Source of the DNA: a virus
Lineage: Duplodnaviria > Caudoviricetes
Virus record (IMG/VR): IMGVR_UViG_3300032011_002031
Coordinates: 6,277-70,276 of that record
Strand: one strand, 5' to 3'
Length of the DNA: 64,000 nt
In this document: piece by piece, positions 10,724-20,916 of the stretch
Layout of the letters: each line of letters starts with the position of its first letter
How positions within the stretch are numbered: the stretch's first letter is position 1
Notes under the pieces: generated by a model
What the model saw: the letters and a program-made list of their open reading frames with translations, nothing else
What the model was told of the DNA's origin: nothing
Database searches by the model: none
Made by a program: the position numbers and the translations under genes

Positions 10724-11147
10724 AAATTGGTTAAATGGTAAGTATAACCTAATTTATGTAGGTAAAGAAAAAGAAACACTTGTTACAGGAAGTGTACCAA
10801 AAAATGTTGTATTACATACAGGTAAGTTATCTGATATTGCATTTAAAATCAGACAACAAGAATTGGATAATGATGAAGTGTTTAGTGGTAATTTGATTAC
10901 TACTGAATCAGTTAGTAATATAGATTTTGATACTATATTTAAATTATCACTTGATGATAATTCACTTTATGTTAATTATTTTTTAAACTCACCACATGCA
11001 ACTGAATGTGAGGTGGGTGATTCGTTAATATATTGTAGTTCAATTGTGTTGTGGATGATATCACAATATGATAGAAATGATTATTCACTTTATGCAAACT
11101 TACGGAGAAATAGAGTAGTGTTAAAAAGATTTGGAGATTATGTATGA
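10716..11147 (+). CDS. Hypothetical protein
   Basis: Fills the gap with overlapping start/stop; ATG at 10716. Confidence 0.6.
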   Translation: MNENWLNGKYNLIYVGKEKETLVTGSVPKNVVLHTGKLSDIAFKIRQQELDNDEVFSGNLITTESVSNIDFDTIFKLSLDDNSLYVNYFLNSPHATECEVGDSLIYCSSIVLWMISQYDRNDYSLYANLRRNRVVLKRFGDYV

Positions 11148-11914
11148 TAAAGTACGATAAGGTTGTCACATTTGGTTGTAGTTTTATGAATGGTGATGCT
11201 ATTGAAAACACCAACGGCAGTCCAGCAGGAAAAGATTTTGCACCACATTTAGAACTTGGTAGATTATTTAATTGTAATAGTGAAAACAGAGCCAGTTCTG
11301 GTTTTAGTAATGAACGAATAGTAAAAAGGGTATATGAATGGATTGAGTCTAATAAAGAAAGTAAAAATACTTTATTTGTAATTGGGTTATCTGAACTTAG
11401 TAGGGTTATGATATATGCAGATATGGTTGAGAGGTTTTATGATTTACAACCTGGACAACTCGCTAGTTATAGTGCTGCTGCGTTAGAAAATAATGCAAGA
11501 AAATTTGGGAGTTCGAGTGGTGAGGAATTAAAGTCTTATATGGCATACTATATAAAATACTTTTATAATGAAGAGGTAGAAATTAAAAAGTTACATAGAA
11601 TGATTCTTGGTATGGATGCATACCTAAACGCTAATAATATTGATTATATTGTATTTAATTCGTTACCTGCAAATCTTGATGGGATACGAGATAAAATTAA
11701 TTTTATGTCGTTTAATGATGATGATTATAGTGGTAGAGATACTTGGAATGATTTTCTTATGTGGCAAATGGAACATATTGATGGTAATGAGTATAATAAT
11801 GAAATATACAGAAGTCCAAAACCACCATATGGTAAACGATATTGTAATGGACATCCATCACCAAATTCAATAAAAAAACTTTGTGAAAGAATTTATAAGG
11901 AATTAAACAAATGA
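11144..11914 (+). CDS. SGNH-like, paralog 4
   Basis: FGCSFMNG, SGFSNERI, IGLS, GHPSPNS. Confidence 0.65.
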   Translation: MIKYDKVVTFGCSFMNGDAIENTNGSPAGKDFAPHLELGRLFNCNSENRASSGFSNERIVKRVYEWIESNKESKNTLFVIGLSELSRVMIYADMVERFYDLQPGQLASYSAAALENNARKFGSSSGEELKSYMAYYIKYFYNEEVEIKKLHRMILGMDAYLNANNIDYIVFNSLPANLDGIRDKINFMSFNDDDYSGRDTWNDFLMWQMEHIDGNEYNNEIYRSPKPPYGKRYCNGHPSPNSIKKLCERIYKELNK

Positions 11915-12726
11915 AGATGGCAGTTTGTCTAAGTGGTCAATTAAGACAGTGGGATTTAGCTGTAGATAACCAAAAGTGGTTTTGGGAAACTGCACAACAA
12001 AGTGGTGTAACTCAAATAGATTATTTTATACATACTTGGAGTTATAGTGCAGATAGAGCAGGTGTTTCACAAGAGTACGAGTGGAGAGATATTGATAAAG
12101 AAGAATTTAAACAAATATGTGATGCATATGAAGTTAAGGATTCAATGTATGATACAAGACCACAATCTTGGTTTTATGATTATGACCATTGGAGTGCATT
12201 ATTTTATAGTTTTGCACATTCAATAATGATGAAACGAAAATATGAATTAGAAAATAATTTTGAATATGATGTTGTTGTTAAATCAAGACCAGATATAATT
12301 TTTCATCCTAAATATACTTGTTGGTTAGAAACCTTATGGGATAATCAATTATTCAGTACACACGGCGGTGAAATGGGACACGAGTTCGGTATGTTTAATA
12401 TAGATGATTGTGTTTTTTATTCTAACTCATACACTATGGATAATATGATTAATATGTATCAGTATAGACAAAAGAATCTTGATTGTAGATTTAATAAAGA
12501 GGGTTTACCAGATAAAGAAAAGTTATCCATACAGCAATTGGGGCCTGGAGTTTTAATGCATGAATATTGTAGAGAGTATGGAATAACACCAATAATAACT
12601 TCACCACACCGAGCACACTTTCAACCAACATTATTAAAACTTGGTTGTCCAAGAGATTTAGATTTATTTAAAGCAAAAAGTTTTAATAAAATGAACAAAT
12701 ACTTTAGGGAGTTTTATACTAAATGA
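11911..12726 (+). CDS. Putative glycosyltransferase-like protein
   Basis: AVCLSGQLR, FIHTW, YDVVVKSRPD, IDD; paralogous to 20259-20915. Confidence 0.5.
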   Translation: MKMAVCLSGQLRQWDLAVDNQKWFWETAQQSGVTQIDYFIHTWSYSADRAGVSQEYEWRDIDKEEFKQICDAYEVKDSMYDTRPQSWFYDYDHWSALFYSFAHSIMMKRKYELENNFEYDVVVKSRPDIIFHPKYTCWLETLWDNQLFSTHGGEMGHEFGMFNIDDCVFYSNSYTMDNMINMYQYRQKNLDCRFNKEGLPDKEKLSIQQLGPGVLMHEYCREYGITPIITSPHRAHFQPTLLKLGCPRDLDLFKAKSFNKMNKYFREFYTK

Positions 12727-13604
12727 AAATAGCATTCATTGTTTGTTCCAACGGATATGGGCATTTCCATCGAATTTTGCAGGTCTGTGCACACTTTAAT
12801 CATCACGAGGTAGATATCTATTGTGAGCAATACCAGTATAATAGATTTAAACCAAAACAATCAAATTTAAATTTTATCTTCTATAAAACATCAAACATAC
12901 GATGGGATAATAAAGAAATTGGTTCACTTGATATTAAAAATTTAGATAAATATGATAAAGTAATTACTGATAATTTAGTAGAGGTATTGAAATATAGACC
13001 AGATGCATTATTAAGTGGTTCTTTTTTGTGGAGTGATGTATGGAGAGATAGGTTTGGTGATAATAACTTTTCAGATAAAGAGGATGAATTGTTTAATAGC
13101 GTAAAACCAAAAGTAATTTGTAATGGTGATGTGGTTTTTGGTCAGTTACAAGATTATGAAAATAAAGTTGATATTGGTTGGGGATGTAAAGATGATAGTA
13201 CAGAAGATTATAATTTGGACACAATAGTTTGTGTACCGCCATCATTAAATTATACTGATGATTATACGGATAAGTTTTATAAAATTCGAGAAGAGTATCA
13301 GAATGATTTTAATTTTAGTTTTAATATAAACCATACAGAAAATTCGATGTTTGTTATTAGACCTGGATTGGGGATGATAACTACTTGTGTATCTAAACGA
13401 ATACCTATTGTTGCATTATGGGCAGATGAAGATTCAAGTGAGATAAAACATTTAGCTAAAAAAGTAGAAGAGTTAGGTATTGGAATAAGACAAAATGTTT
13501 ATGATGATTTTATATTACCACCCGATGTAACAAAGTATAGAGAATCATTTAAAAAATTAAAATTAAATGGTTATTTAAAATTTGCAGGTTTAATAAATGA
13601 TTAA
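12723..13604 (+). CDS. Putative GT-B fold glycosyltransferase
   Basis: N-terminal NGYGHFHR and C-terminal RPGLG resemble the two Rossmann loops of GT28-like enzymes. Confidence 0.45.
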   Translation: MKIAFIVCSNGYGHFHRILQVCAHFNHHEVDIYCEQYQYNRFKPKQSNLNFIFYKTSNIRWDNKEIGSLDIKNLDKYDKVITDNLVEVLKYRPDALLSGSFLWSDVWRDRFGDNNFSDKEDELFNSVKPKVICNGDVVFGQLQDYENKVDIGWGCKDDSTEDYNLDTIVCVPPSLNYTDDYTDKFYKIREEYQNDFNFSFNINHTENSMFVIRPGLGMITTCVSKRIPIVALWADEDSSEIKHLAKKVEELGIGIRQNVYDDFILPPDVTKYRESFKKLKLNGYLKFAGLIND

Positions 13605-14553
13605 AGAATTTGAACAATTAAAAAATTGGGATTTAACTACGATGGGATATTATAGTTATCTTGATTTTCAAAATCTTGCTGATGTAAGAAGTAAACATAA
13701 ATGTAATATACATTCTGATTATTGGTGGTCAAAGGGTATTGGTAACCCATATGATAACGATGCTACTAATGTATCATATGTTTATAGGTGGTTTGACCCA
13801 AAACACAAAGATTGGAAAGATGAGCCTACACACCAAAATCCTTATTGGTTAAACTATAGAGTGGATACATATATTCAACATTCAAAAACACAACCAGACC
13901 AATTATATGTAACTCAATCAGAAACAAGAGATGTAGCTACAAGAGATATAATTCTTTATTTAAATTTACCACTTGAATATTTTAGGGATGATGTTAAAAA
14001 CACAACATACGGAGAATTTGATTATAAAGTGGTAGATAAATTTTTTAAGGAAATACATAAATTTATTGATGAACCTGATGCTTATAATAAGTTTAGAAAT
14101 TTAGTTGATGAATACAATACAAAGTATCCAGAAACAAAACAATCTCAAATGGTATGGAGTAGAAATCTTGAAATGGATTTACACTGGTCGTTTAAAAAAC
14201 ACGGACAATTAAATATACCAGTTCTTGATAGACCTTACAAATGGTTTGAGGGTTCATCACACACATTCTTTCACGCATGTTATTTAAAATGGGATAGTTT
14301 AAAAATGTTTGTAAAGGTGCCTCTAAGTGGAGACCCAAAACGATTAAGTGATAGTTGGTATTTTTATATACCACCAAATAATTTTTCACCAACACATTAT
14401 AATAATAGTGAGATATTTTATATGTGTTATATTGATATAAAAAATAAAAAGATTTATAGTAAAAAATATCCAATATCAGAGTTTGAATATTTTCGTTATA
14501 ATTTAAAGGGATTAGATAAAAATTTATATAAGGAGTGGGATAGGATATTATGA
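13597..14553 (+). CDS. Hypothetical protein
   Basis: 318-aa ORF in the operon; no confident family. Confidence 0.6.
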   Translation: MIKEFEQLKNWDLTTMGYYSYLDFQNLADVRSKHKCNIHSDYWWSKGIGNPYDNDATNVSYVYRWFDPKHKDWKDEPTHQNPYWLNYRVDTYIQHSKTQPDQLYVTQSETRDVATRDIILYLNLPLEYFRDDVKNTTYGEFDYKVVDKFFKEIHKFIDEPDAYNKFRNLVDEYNTKYPETKQSQMVWSRNLEMDLHWSFKKHGQLNIPVLDRPYKWFEGSSHTFFHACYLKWDSLKMFVKVPLSGDPKRLSDSWYFYIPPNNFSPTHYNNSEIFYMCYIDIKNKKIYSKKYPISEFEYFRYNLKGLDKNLYKEWDRIL

Positions 14554-15413
14554 ATATAATAAAAGGAGAGAAGTTTCAAGAATTGTGTGATGTATCTATA
14601 AGTAAAGATGAGCATAAAAAATTTGAAGCTAAGGATATAAATATAAAAAAAGATATTGATGTAGATACATTTGATTTTACAGATTATGATAATCCAGAAT
14701 TAATATATTGTAATGTATCTTTATTAAATACAACAAAACAAGTATTACTTGACTCGAAGTTATTAGATAAATTAAAACAATTTAAAAATCCATTTAAATT
14801 AGTTTTACATAATGCAGATGATGCATTTGGTTACAAACAATTACAGAATACCATATTAGATATACCAAATTGTAAACAAGTGTATAGTGTAAATGCTGAT
14901 TGTGAGCATCCAAACATTACACCATTACCAATTGGACAAGCAAATTATATGTGGACTTGGGGTAACGAGTGGACATTAATGGATGCAATAGATAATATAC
15001 CACCAGAGAAAGATGGTCTTGTTTATGCAAACTTTACAATGACGGGAGAAGTTCGTGCAAAAGCAAGAGAGGAGTGTTATCAATCTTTAAAACGACAGGG
15101 AGTTAAATTTACAGAGAATCAAATTTATCCTGATTACTTACAACGATTATCTACCTTTAAATATTGTACATCACCAAAAGGAAATGGAGTTGATTGTTAT
15201 AGAATGTGGGAAGCACTTTATTTAAAAGTAGTTCCTATTTGTGAACGAAGTATATTAGTAGAAGAGTTTGCAAAAACATTTCCAATTAAAATTGTTGATA
15301 CTTGGAATGATTTGGATATTAGTAAGTTAGAAGAGGAGTATGCTAATTATACTTGGGACAATTACGATTTATTAGATTTTGATAATTACATTAAACATAT
15401 AGGATTAAAATGA
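14550..15413 (+). CDS. Exostosin/GT47-like glycosyltransferase
   Basis: LPIG, LVYANF, FKYCTSPKGNGVDCYRMWEALYLKVVPI. Confidence 0.6.
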   Translation: MNIIKGEKFQELCDVSISKDEHKKFEAKDINIKKDIDVDTFDFTDYDNPELIYCNVSLLNTTKQVLLDSKLLDKLKQFKNPFKLVLHNADDAFGYKQLQNTILDIPNCKQVYSVNADCEHPNITPLPIGQANYMWTWGNEWTLMDAIDNIPPEKDGLVYANFTMTGEVRAKAREECYQSLKRQGVKFTENQIYPDYLQRLSTFKYCTSPKGNGVDCYRMWEALYLKVVPICERSILVEEFAKTFPIKIVDTWNDLDISKLEEEYANYTWDNYDLLDFDNYIKHIGLK

Positions 15414-15589
15414 AAACATCACCAATAGATTCAGTAATAGTAGATATGATTTTAACACATTATAATATACAATCATTTACAGGTAAAAGTCAAGTACTTA
15501 GTGGAGAAGAGTTTGATAGGTTGGTAAAGGAAGCAGAACAAGAATATTATAAAAAAATTTTACGAGAAGAACCAAAAGGTACATCGTGA
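15410..15589 (+). CDS. Small hypothetical protein (59 aa, absent from ORF track)
   Basis: MKTSPIDSVIVDMIL...EEPKGTS; start overlaps the upstream stop (ATGA) and stop overlaps the next GTG (GTGA), filling the gap exactly. Confidence 0.55.
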   Translation: MKTSPIDSVIVDMILTHYNIQSFTGKSQVLSGEEFDRLVKEAEQEYYKKILREEPKGTS

Positions 15590-16425
15590 AAGTATATTCC
15601 TTTGGTGATAGTTTTACAGCAGGAATAGGTTGTGATAGAGTATGGGAAGAATCTCAGTTGGGTAATCATCCAAAGTGGGATACTATGACAGATAGTGAAA
15701 AATCAATACAGAGAGGTAGTGTTGCTAATTTTAGAGAGAATAATTCGTTTACAAAAAAATTTTCAGATAGTATAGGATTTGATTCTAAAAATTTTGGAAA
15801 AGGTGGTAATAGTAACTCAAATATAGTTCAAGATATTGTATCACACTCACACTTATTTAATGATGGGGATGTTATATTAATTGGTTGGTCATCACCACTA
15901 CGAGATAAAGTAACATTTTGGCCAGAAAATCCACTACTTTGGATTTCATCTTCAAAAGATATGAGAAAATACTTTGAAGAGGTTGGAAAAACATTTCAAA
16001 TAGATATTGGTAATCCTGAATATAAAAATAAAAATTATAAAAACGAAATAGAAATAGCAGAATTTTGGAAAGAATTTGGTAAAGATTGGTTTGTAAATGG
16101 TTATGATGAAGAATATCATCATTTACAAAGTAAACAAATTTTATACTTCACTCAAGAGTTTTTAAAATACTTTGGAGTAAAGTATATTTTTTTTAATGCA
16201 TTTGAACCTATTCTTATTAGAGAAGAACCACTTATTGATATGTCAAAATATTGGAAAGGTGGTAACGAATCAATATGGTCTTATACAAAACACGATGAAA
16301 ATTTATTAGAACCTTTGGGTTATAATTTGTATAATGGTATTGAGGCTAGACATCCAAGTAGTGCAGGACATACATACTTTGAAAAAAGTTTAACAAAATT
16401 TTATAAAGAGGTATATGATGGTTAA
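15586..16425 (+). CDS. SGNH-like, paralog 5
   Basis: FGDSFTAG, GGNSNSNI, IGWS, RHPSSAGH. Confidence 0.7.
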   Translation: MKVYSFGDSFTAGIGCDRVWEESQLGNHPKWDTMTDSEKSIQRGSVANFRENNSFTKKFSDSIGFDSKNFGKGGNSNSNIVQDIVSHSHLFNDGDVILIGWSSPLRDKVTFWPENPLLWISSSKDMRKYFEEVGKTFQIDIGNPEYKNKNYKNEIEIAEFWKEFGKDWFVNGYDEEYHHLQSKQILYFTQEFLKYFGVKYIFFNAFEPILIREEPLIDMSKYWKGGNESIWSYTKHDENLLEPLGYNLYNGIEARHPSSAGHTYFEKSLTKFYKEVYDG

Positions 16426-17224
16426 GTATTGGTTTGAAACATTTAAAAGTTTAAAATCATTTGATATAGTTCCTTATCAAGAAATGGTAGATTTATATTT
16501 AAAAAATCAATCATTATTGGATGGGAGTAAATTTGAAAAACTTGGTGGTAAAAATGAACGACCAATTAATTCAGATGTAGAGAAAGTTGACCACGATGGG
16601 TTTTGGTTAGGTTATAATCCAAGATATTACAATATAGACCCACTTGGTACAAAAGTAACACAAGCCAAAGCAGATGTTGTATCTATGGATATGACTGGAG
16701 TAGGTAAAACTTGGGATGATTTTATTTATTTAGAATTACCGAGTTGGTTATTTAACAAATATCAAACTGCAGTACATTCAAATCGTGATATAACTTATTT
16801 TAAAAAATTTATGAATGATGTGGATAAAACAGATTTATCAAAAGAAAGTGTTTTAAAATTAAAAGATGAGTATGATAACAAATATAAAGACATTGCAAAA
16901 TATGTTGATTACTTTGGTGATTTCCAAGACCCTGCATGGAGATTAGATTTGGATGTTGGTCAATATGTATCAATAAAACAAAATGGATTAATCTATCCTA
17001 TAATGTTTAATAGTATAAATTATGCATTTACTCGTGGAACACATCGAGCATTATTTTTAGCTCATACTAATAGTGATGTTCCATTTGTAATGCAATATCC
17101 AAAAAGAAGAAAACGATGGCAAATTAAATTATCTGAAAACTTTGATGAAAAAAGTGTAATTATGGATGTAGATTTAAATAAAAAATCATTGAAGTTTTAT
17201 AGGGATAATATAGAATTAAAATGA
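16415..17224 (+). CDS. ParB/sulfiredoxin-like domain protein
   Basis: SIKQNGLIYP ... RGTHRA; paralog of 18421-19236. Confidence 0.45.
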   Translation: MMVKYWFETFKSLKSFDIVPYQEMVDLYLKNQSLLDGSKFEKLGGKNERPINSDVEKVDHDGFWLGYNPRYYNIDPLGTKVTQAKADVVSMDMTGVGKTWDDFIYLELPSWLFNKYQTAVHSNRDITYFKKFMNDVDKTDLSKESVLKLKDEYDNKYKDIAKYVDYFGDFQDPAWRLDLDVGQYVSIKQNGLIYPIMFNSINYAFTRGTHRALFLAHTNSDVPFVMQYPKRRKRWQIKLSENFDEKSVIMDVDLNKKSLKFYRDNIELK

Positions 17225-17778
17225 GTACACGATTTTTAAAAAAGGATAATGTAATTTTGGTTGGTCTTGCAAAGAATGGTAGTCAAACTATAAAACAAAT
17301 TGGATTAAACAATGATGGGTTTCAAATTAAAGAACAAGATAAGAATACAGATAAGTTTATAAATTGGGATGATGATAAATTATTAATTTTAATACCGATG
17401 AGAGAACCTATAGAAAGAGGATATAGTGAGATGTTAGAAGTTGCAATGGTAGTTGGTAAAGAAAATATAGAAAAAAAATTTATACCTAAAATAAATTATT
17501 TTCAGAATGATGTTATGAAATTTTTTGTAGAAAATATTATGCTAGATGAAAAATGGAAAGGTGTTCAAATAAAATTTTTTGATTTAAGTTTATTATCTAC
17601 GGGTTTACCAAAATACTTAGGTTGGGATATTGAGATACCTTATTATAATACAGCAAATCAAAATCCTAAAAAGGTAAAGTTGATGGAAGAGTTAAAAGGT
17701 GTAGAAATAAAACCACAAGAAATAGATAATTTATTTTTTAATGGAATTAAAAAAAGTAAATATTGGATAAAATTATGA
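17221..17778 (+). CDS. Divergent sulfotransferase-like protein
   Basis: LAKNGSQT and MREPIERGYS echo the PAPS-binding motifs KxGSTS and RxPxxRxxS. Confidence 0.4.
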   Translation: MSTRFLKKDNVILVGLAKNGSQTIKQIGLNNDGFQIKEQDKNTDKFINWDDDKLLILIPMREPIERGYSEMLEVAMVVGKENIEKKFIPKINYFQNDVMKFFVENIMLDEKWKGVQIKFFDLSLLSTGLPKYLGWDIEIPYYNTANQNPKKVKLMEELKGVEIKPQEIDNLFFNGIKKSKYWIKL

Positions 17779-18434
17779 AAACATTAGCAGGAATTATTCA
17801 CGCAAGAAAAACAAGTACAAGATGTCCTAATAAACATTTACGACCATTGGGTGATACAACATTGATTGATATTGCATTAGAAAATCTAAGTAAGTTAGAT
17901 GTTGATGAAAAGTATTTAGCAGTTTATGACCAAGAATTAAAAGATAAAGTTATCGATGGGGTACAAATACTACATAGAGATTATGATTCAGTTGCACCAG
18001 GTAATTGTCATCATTCGGTAATGTATAAACATTTAGAAAATGTAGAATCAGAGTTTATAGTAAACTATAATCCGTGTCAACCATTTTTACAAGTTGATAA
18101 ATTAAATCATTGTATAAGAGTTTTTAAACAAAGTAGAATGAAGAGTATGATTACAGTCCAAAAAGAAAGAAACTTCTTTTGGGATAAAACTCGTAATCCA
18201 ATAAACTTTAAACCTAATGATAGATTATCTACAACTGCAGGACCGTGGGTTTATTCCGCTACACACTCTTTAGTATTTTATGAAAAAAATTATATGTTAT
18301 CTGAATGGGAATTATTTCCAAACACAAAAGATAATCCATTTCCACTTATAACAGATTGGAGTGAAAAAGAATTGTTAGATGTAGATACAGAAACAGATTT
18401 TCAAATAGTTCGAGGATACTATGAACAATCTTAA
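17775..18434 (+). CDS. Acylneuraminate/KDO cytidylyltransferase-like (NeuA/KdsB family)
   Basis: IIHARKTSTRCPNKHLRPLG (cf. ARxGSKRxPxKN), PCQPF, DVDTETDF. Confidence 0.7.
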   Translation: MKTLAGIIHARKTSTRCPNKHLRPLGDTTLIDIALENLSKLDVDEKYLAVYDQELKDKVIDGVQILHRDYDSVAPGNCHHSVMYKHLENVESEFIVNYNPCQPFLQVDKLNHCIRVFKQSRMKSMITVQKERNFFWDKTRNPINFKPNDRLSTTAGPWVYSATHSLVFYEKNYMLSEWELFPNTKDNPFPLITDWSEKELLDVDTETDFQIVRGYYEQS

Positions 18435-19236
18435 ATTTGAACATTATAAAAAATTTAAATCTTTTGATGAAATTAAATTTACTGATTTATTAAAATTAGT
18501 ACATAAATCAAAGGATATATTACTAAGCGAGGGATGGGAATTAGGACACGAAAATCAAGTTCTTGATGTGATAGATAAAGGGGATAAATACCAATTTACT
18601 AAGATACAATTTACATATCCCAAATCAAGAAACTCAGAGGAGAAATTAAACATAACACTTGATATACAACATAAAACTATGTTTAAAGATGCTTACCATA
18701 ATGGAACATATGCGTTTATTGAAATACCAAATGAACTTTTAAAAAAATATGTAACTCAATTTAATCACAATACAGATACTACAATTTTAAATAAATTTTT
18801 AGATGAAGTTGATTGGGATGGTGATTGGTTGGGGTTACGAGATGAGTATGATAAACGATATCCAAAAAAACACAAAACAAATAAACCAGAAGAGTTTTCT
18901 TGGAGAGCAAATTTTAGTGTAGAGTGGTTTTTAAGTATCAAAAACGATGGTTTAATAACACCATTATTTAAGTTACAAGAAAATAGCGATATCTTTAATA
19001 GAGGTTCACATAGAGCTTGGATGCTTAGTAAATTAGGATACGGATTTCCAATTTTTTTTCCAAGATTTAAGGATAAACTAACATTGAAAATGTGTACATC
19101 TTGGTATAAGTGGGGTAGTGATGCATTCTTAAATCATCCATCCACAAACTATTATCTTGAAATAGATTATATTAATAAAGAATTAAATGTTTACGATGAG
19201 GATAAAGAAATATTAGACACTTATAAATGTGATTGA
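18421..19236 (+). CDS. ParB/sulfiredoxin-like domain protein
   Basis: SIKNDGLITP ... RGSHRA; paralog of 16415-17224. Confidence 0.45.
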   Translation: MNNLKFEHYKKFKSFDEIKFTDLLKLVHKSKDILLSEGWELGHENQVLDVIDKGDKYQFTKIQFTYPKSRNSEEKLNITLDIQHKTMFKDAYHNGTYAFIEIPNELLKKYVTQFNHNTDTTILNKFLDEVDWDGDWLGLRDEYDKRYPKKHKTNKPEEFSWRANFSVEWFLSIKNDGLITPLFKLQENSDIFNRGSHRAWMLSKLGYGFPIFFPRFKDKLTLKMCTSWYKWGSDAFLNHPSTNYYLEIDYINKELNVYDEDKEILDTYKCD

Positions 19237-19243
19237 TATTTAT
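19236..19243 (+). promoter_or_regulatory. ATATTTAT putative phage promoter element, 5 nt before ATG 19249 with no SD
   Basis: Same 8-mer recurs in nearly every intergenic gap. Confidence 0.45.
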
Positions 19244-19248
19244 TATTA

Positions 19249-19560
19249 ATGAAATATGTTATAGATATAGATGGCACGATTTGTGAAGAAGTTGGCTCGG
19301 TTATTGGAAGAACACCTTACACGCATAGAATCAAGCAAATAAATAAATTATATGATGAAGGTCATACGATTGTATTTTTTACTGCAAGAGGATTAAAAAG
19401 TGGTAGAGGTGAGAAACATTACCGACCAATCACAGAACAACAATTAAAAGAGTGGGGAGTGAAGTATCACGAATTGTGGTTTAAAGCACACGATGCAACA
19501 CACTACATAGATGATAAGGCATTAAGACCAGAGGAGTTTTTTGATGAAGCAGAACTTTAA
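19249..19560 (+). CDS. Small HAD phosphatase (capsule-biosynthesis phosphatase-like)
   Basis: IDIDGTIC, FTARG, K, YIDDK. Confidence 0.75.
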   Translation: MKYVIDIDGTICEEVGSVIGRTPYTHRIKQINKLYDEGHTIVFFTARGLKSGRGEKHYRPITEQQLKEWGVKYHELWFKAHDATHYIDDKALRPEEFFDEAEL

Positions 19561-20269
19561 TATTGTAGTACCTATGGCAGGACGAGGTTCAAGATTTACT
19601 GAAAATGGTTATACAGATTCAAAACCATTTATAGATGTAAATGGAAAACCAATGATACAAAGAGTAATTGAAAATCTTAATATAGAGTTTGATGACAAGT
19701 ATGAGTTTGTAATAATTTGTTTAAGGGAAGATTATGATAAGTATGATTTTAGTATCTTTAATGATATCATTGGACACGATAATTGGGATGTGATTTGTTT
19801 ATCTGATGTTACAGAGGGTGCTGCACAAACTATGTTAAAAGCAAAACCATACATCAATAATGATACACCAATGTTAAGTTTCAATACAGACCAAATGATA
19901 GATTATGATATAGATACTTGGAATCACTTTTCACAATACGATGGTGGTATTCCTTGTTTTTGGGGGGATAGTGAGGATTGGAGTTATGCAAAATGTGGTG
20001 ATGATGGATTTGTAACAGAAGTAGCAGAAAAGAAAGTTATATCAAATGATGCAACTGCAGGATATTATTATTGGAGTGAGGGTAGTGATTTCGTAAAGTA
20101 TGCAGAACAAATGATTGAAGAGAATAGTAGAACCAATGGAGAGTTCTATGTAGCACCAGTTTACAATTGGGCAATAAAAGATGGTAAAAAAATAGCAATA
20201 TCACAAGTAGATAAAGTATATGAATTAGGAACACCAGAGTATTTGGAGAATTACCTTAGTGATAAATAA
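19544..20269 (+). CDS. Sugar-phosphate nucleotidyltransferase (paralog of the C-terminal half of 6173-7540)
   Basis: VPMAGRGSRF, KPFIDVNGKPMIQ, TEGAA, NTDQ, NGEFYVAPVYN, LGTPE. Confidence 0.8.
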   Translation: MKQNFNIVVPMAGRGSRFTENGYTDSKPFIDVNGKPMIQRVIENLNIEFDDKYEFVIICLREDYDKYDFSIFNDIIGHDNWDVICLSDVTEGAAQTMLKAKPYINNDTPMLSFNTDQMIDYDIDTWNHFSQYDGGIPCFWGDSEDWSYAKCGDDGFVTEVAEKKVISNDATAGYYYWSEGSDFVKYAEQMIEENSRTNGEFYVAPVYNWAIKDGKKIAISQVDKVYELGTPEYLENYLSDK

Positions 20270-20915
20270 AAAAAGAATTGCAATATGTTTATTTGGTCAA
20301 ACACGAACATATCAAGTTATAAACGAATTATATAAAAACTTAAATGAAAATCCACATTTAGAAATAGATTTTTTTGTTTCTACTTGGGATGATTTTGAAG
20401 ATAAGAAACCATTTGATTTTTTCACTACTTCAGAATTTCTTGACCCCAATATTATAGATTTTAGAGATAATACTGATAGGGCATCATATACTATTCACAG
20501 AGTAAATTTACTAAAAACTATACACGAAGTCAATAATAATTTTATTTATGATTATGTAATGTGGACAAGGGGTGAGATACATTTTGAAAAAAAATATTTG
20601 TTACCATTTTTAAATAAAAAAGCTAATGAGAGTAAGGATTATGAAATAAATACACATAGCGAAATTATTGATGAGGCAGATGGGTTTCCATACTTACCTG
20701 CAGATTATTTTTTTATGGGAACTTCATTATCATTTGATTTATATGCTACTGGTTGGAAATCTTATTATAAACGAAATGATAAACCGATGGATATTGGTAG
20801 ACACGGCGGACACAATTTTCATGCATATGTAATAGATACATTACCATTTGAGTTAGTTGTAGAAAAATTACCACATAGATTTCAATTTAGTAAATTACAT
20901 AAACGAGAAGTATAG
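20259..20915 (+). CDS. Putative glycosyltransferase-like protein
   Basis: IAICLFGQTR, FVSTW, YDYVMWTR, ADYFF; paralog of 11911-12726. Confidence 0.5.
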   Translation: MINKKRIAICLFGQTRTYQVINELYKNLNENPHLEIDFFVSTWDDFEDKKPFDFFTTSEFLDPNIIDFRDNTDRASYTIHRVNLLKTIHEVNNNFIYDYVMWTRGEIHFEKKYLLPFLNKKANESKDYEINTHSEIIDEADGFPYLPADYFFMGTSLSFDLYATGWKSYYKRNDKPMDIGRHGGHNFHAYVIDTLPFELVVEKLPHRFQFSKLHKREV

Positions 20916-20916
20916 A

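Noticed and set aside
13597-14553. ParB-like call from EGSSH
   Set aside because: Lacks the GxHR Arg; too weak to support.
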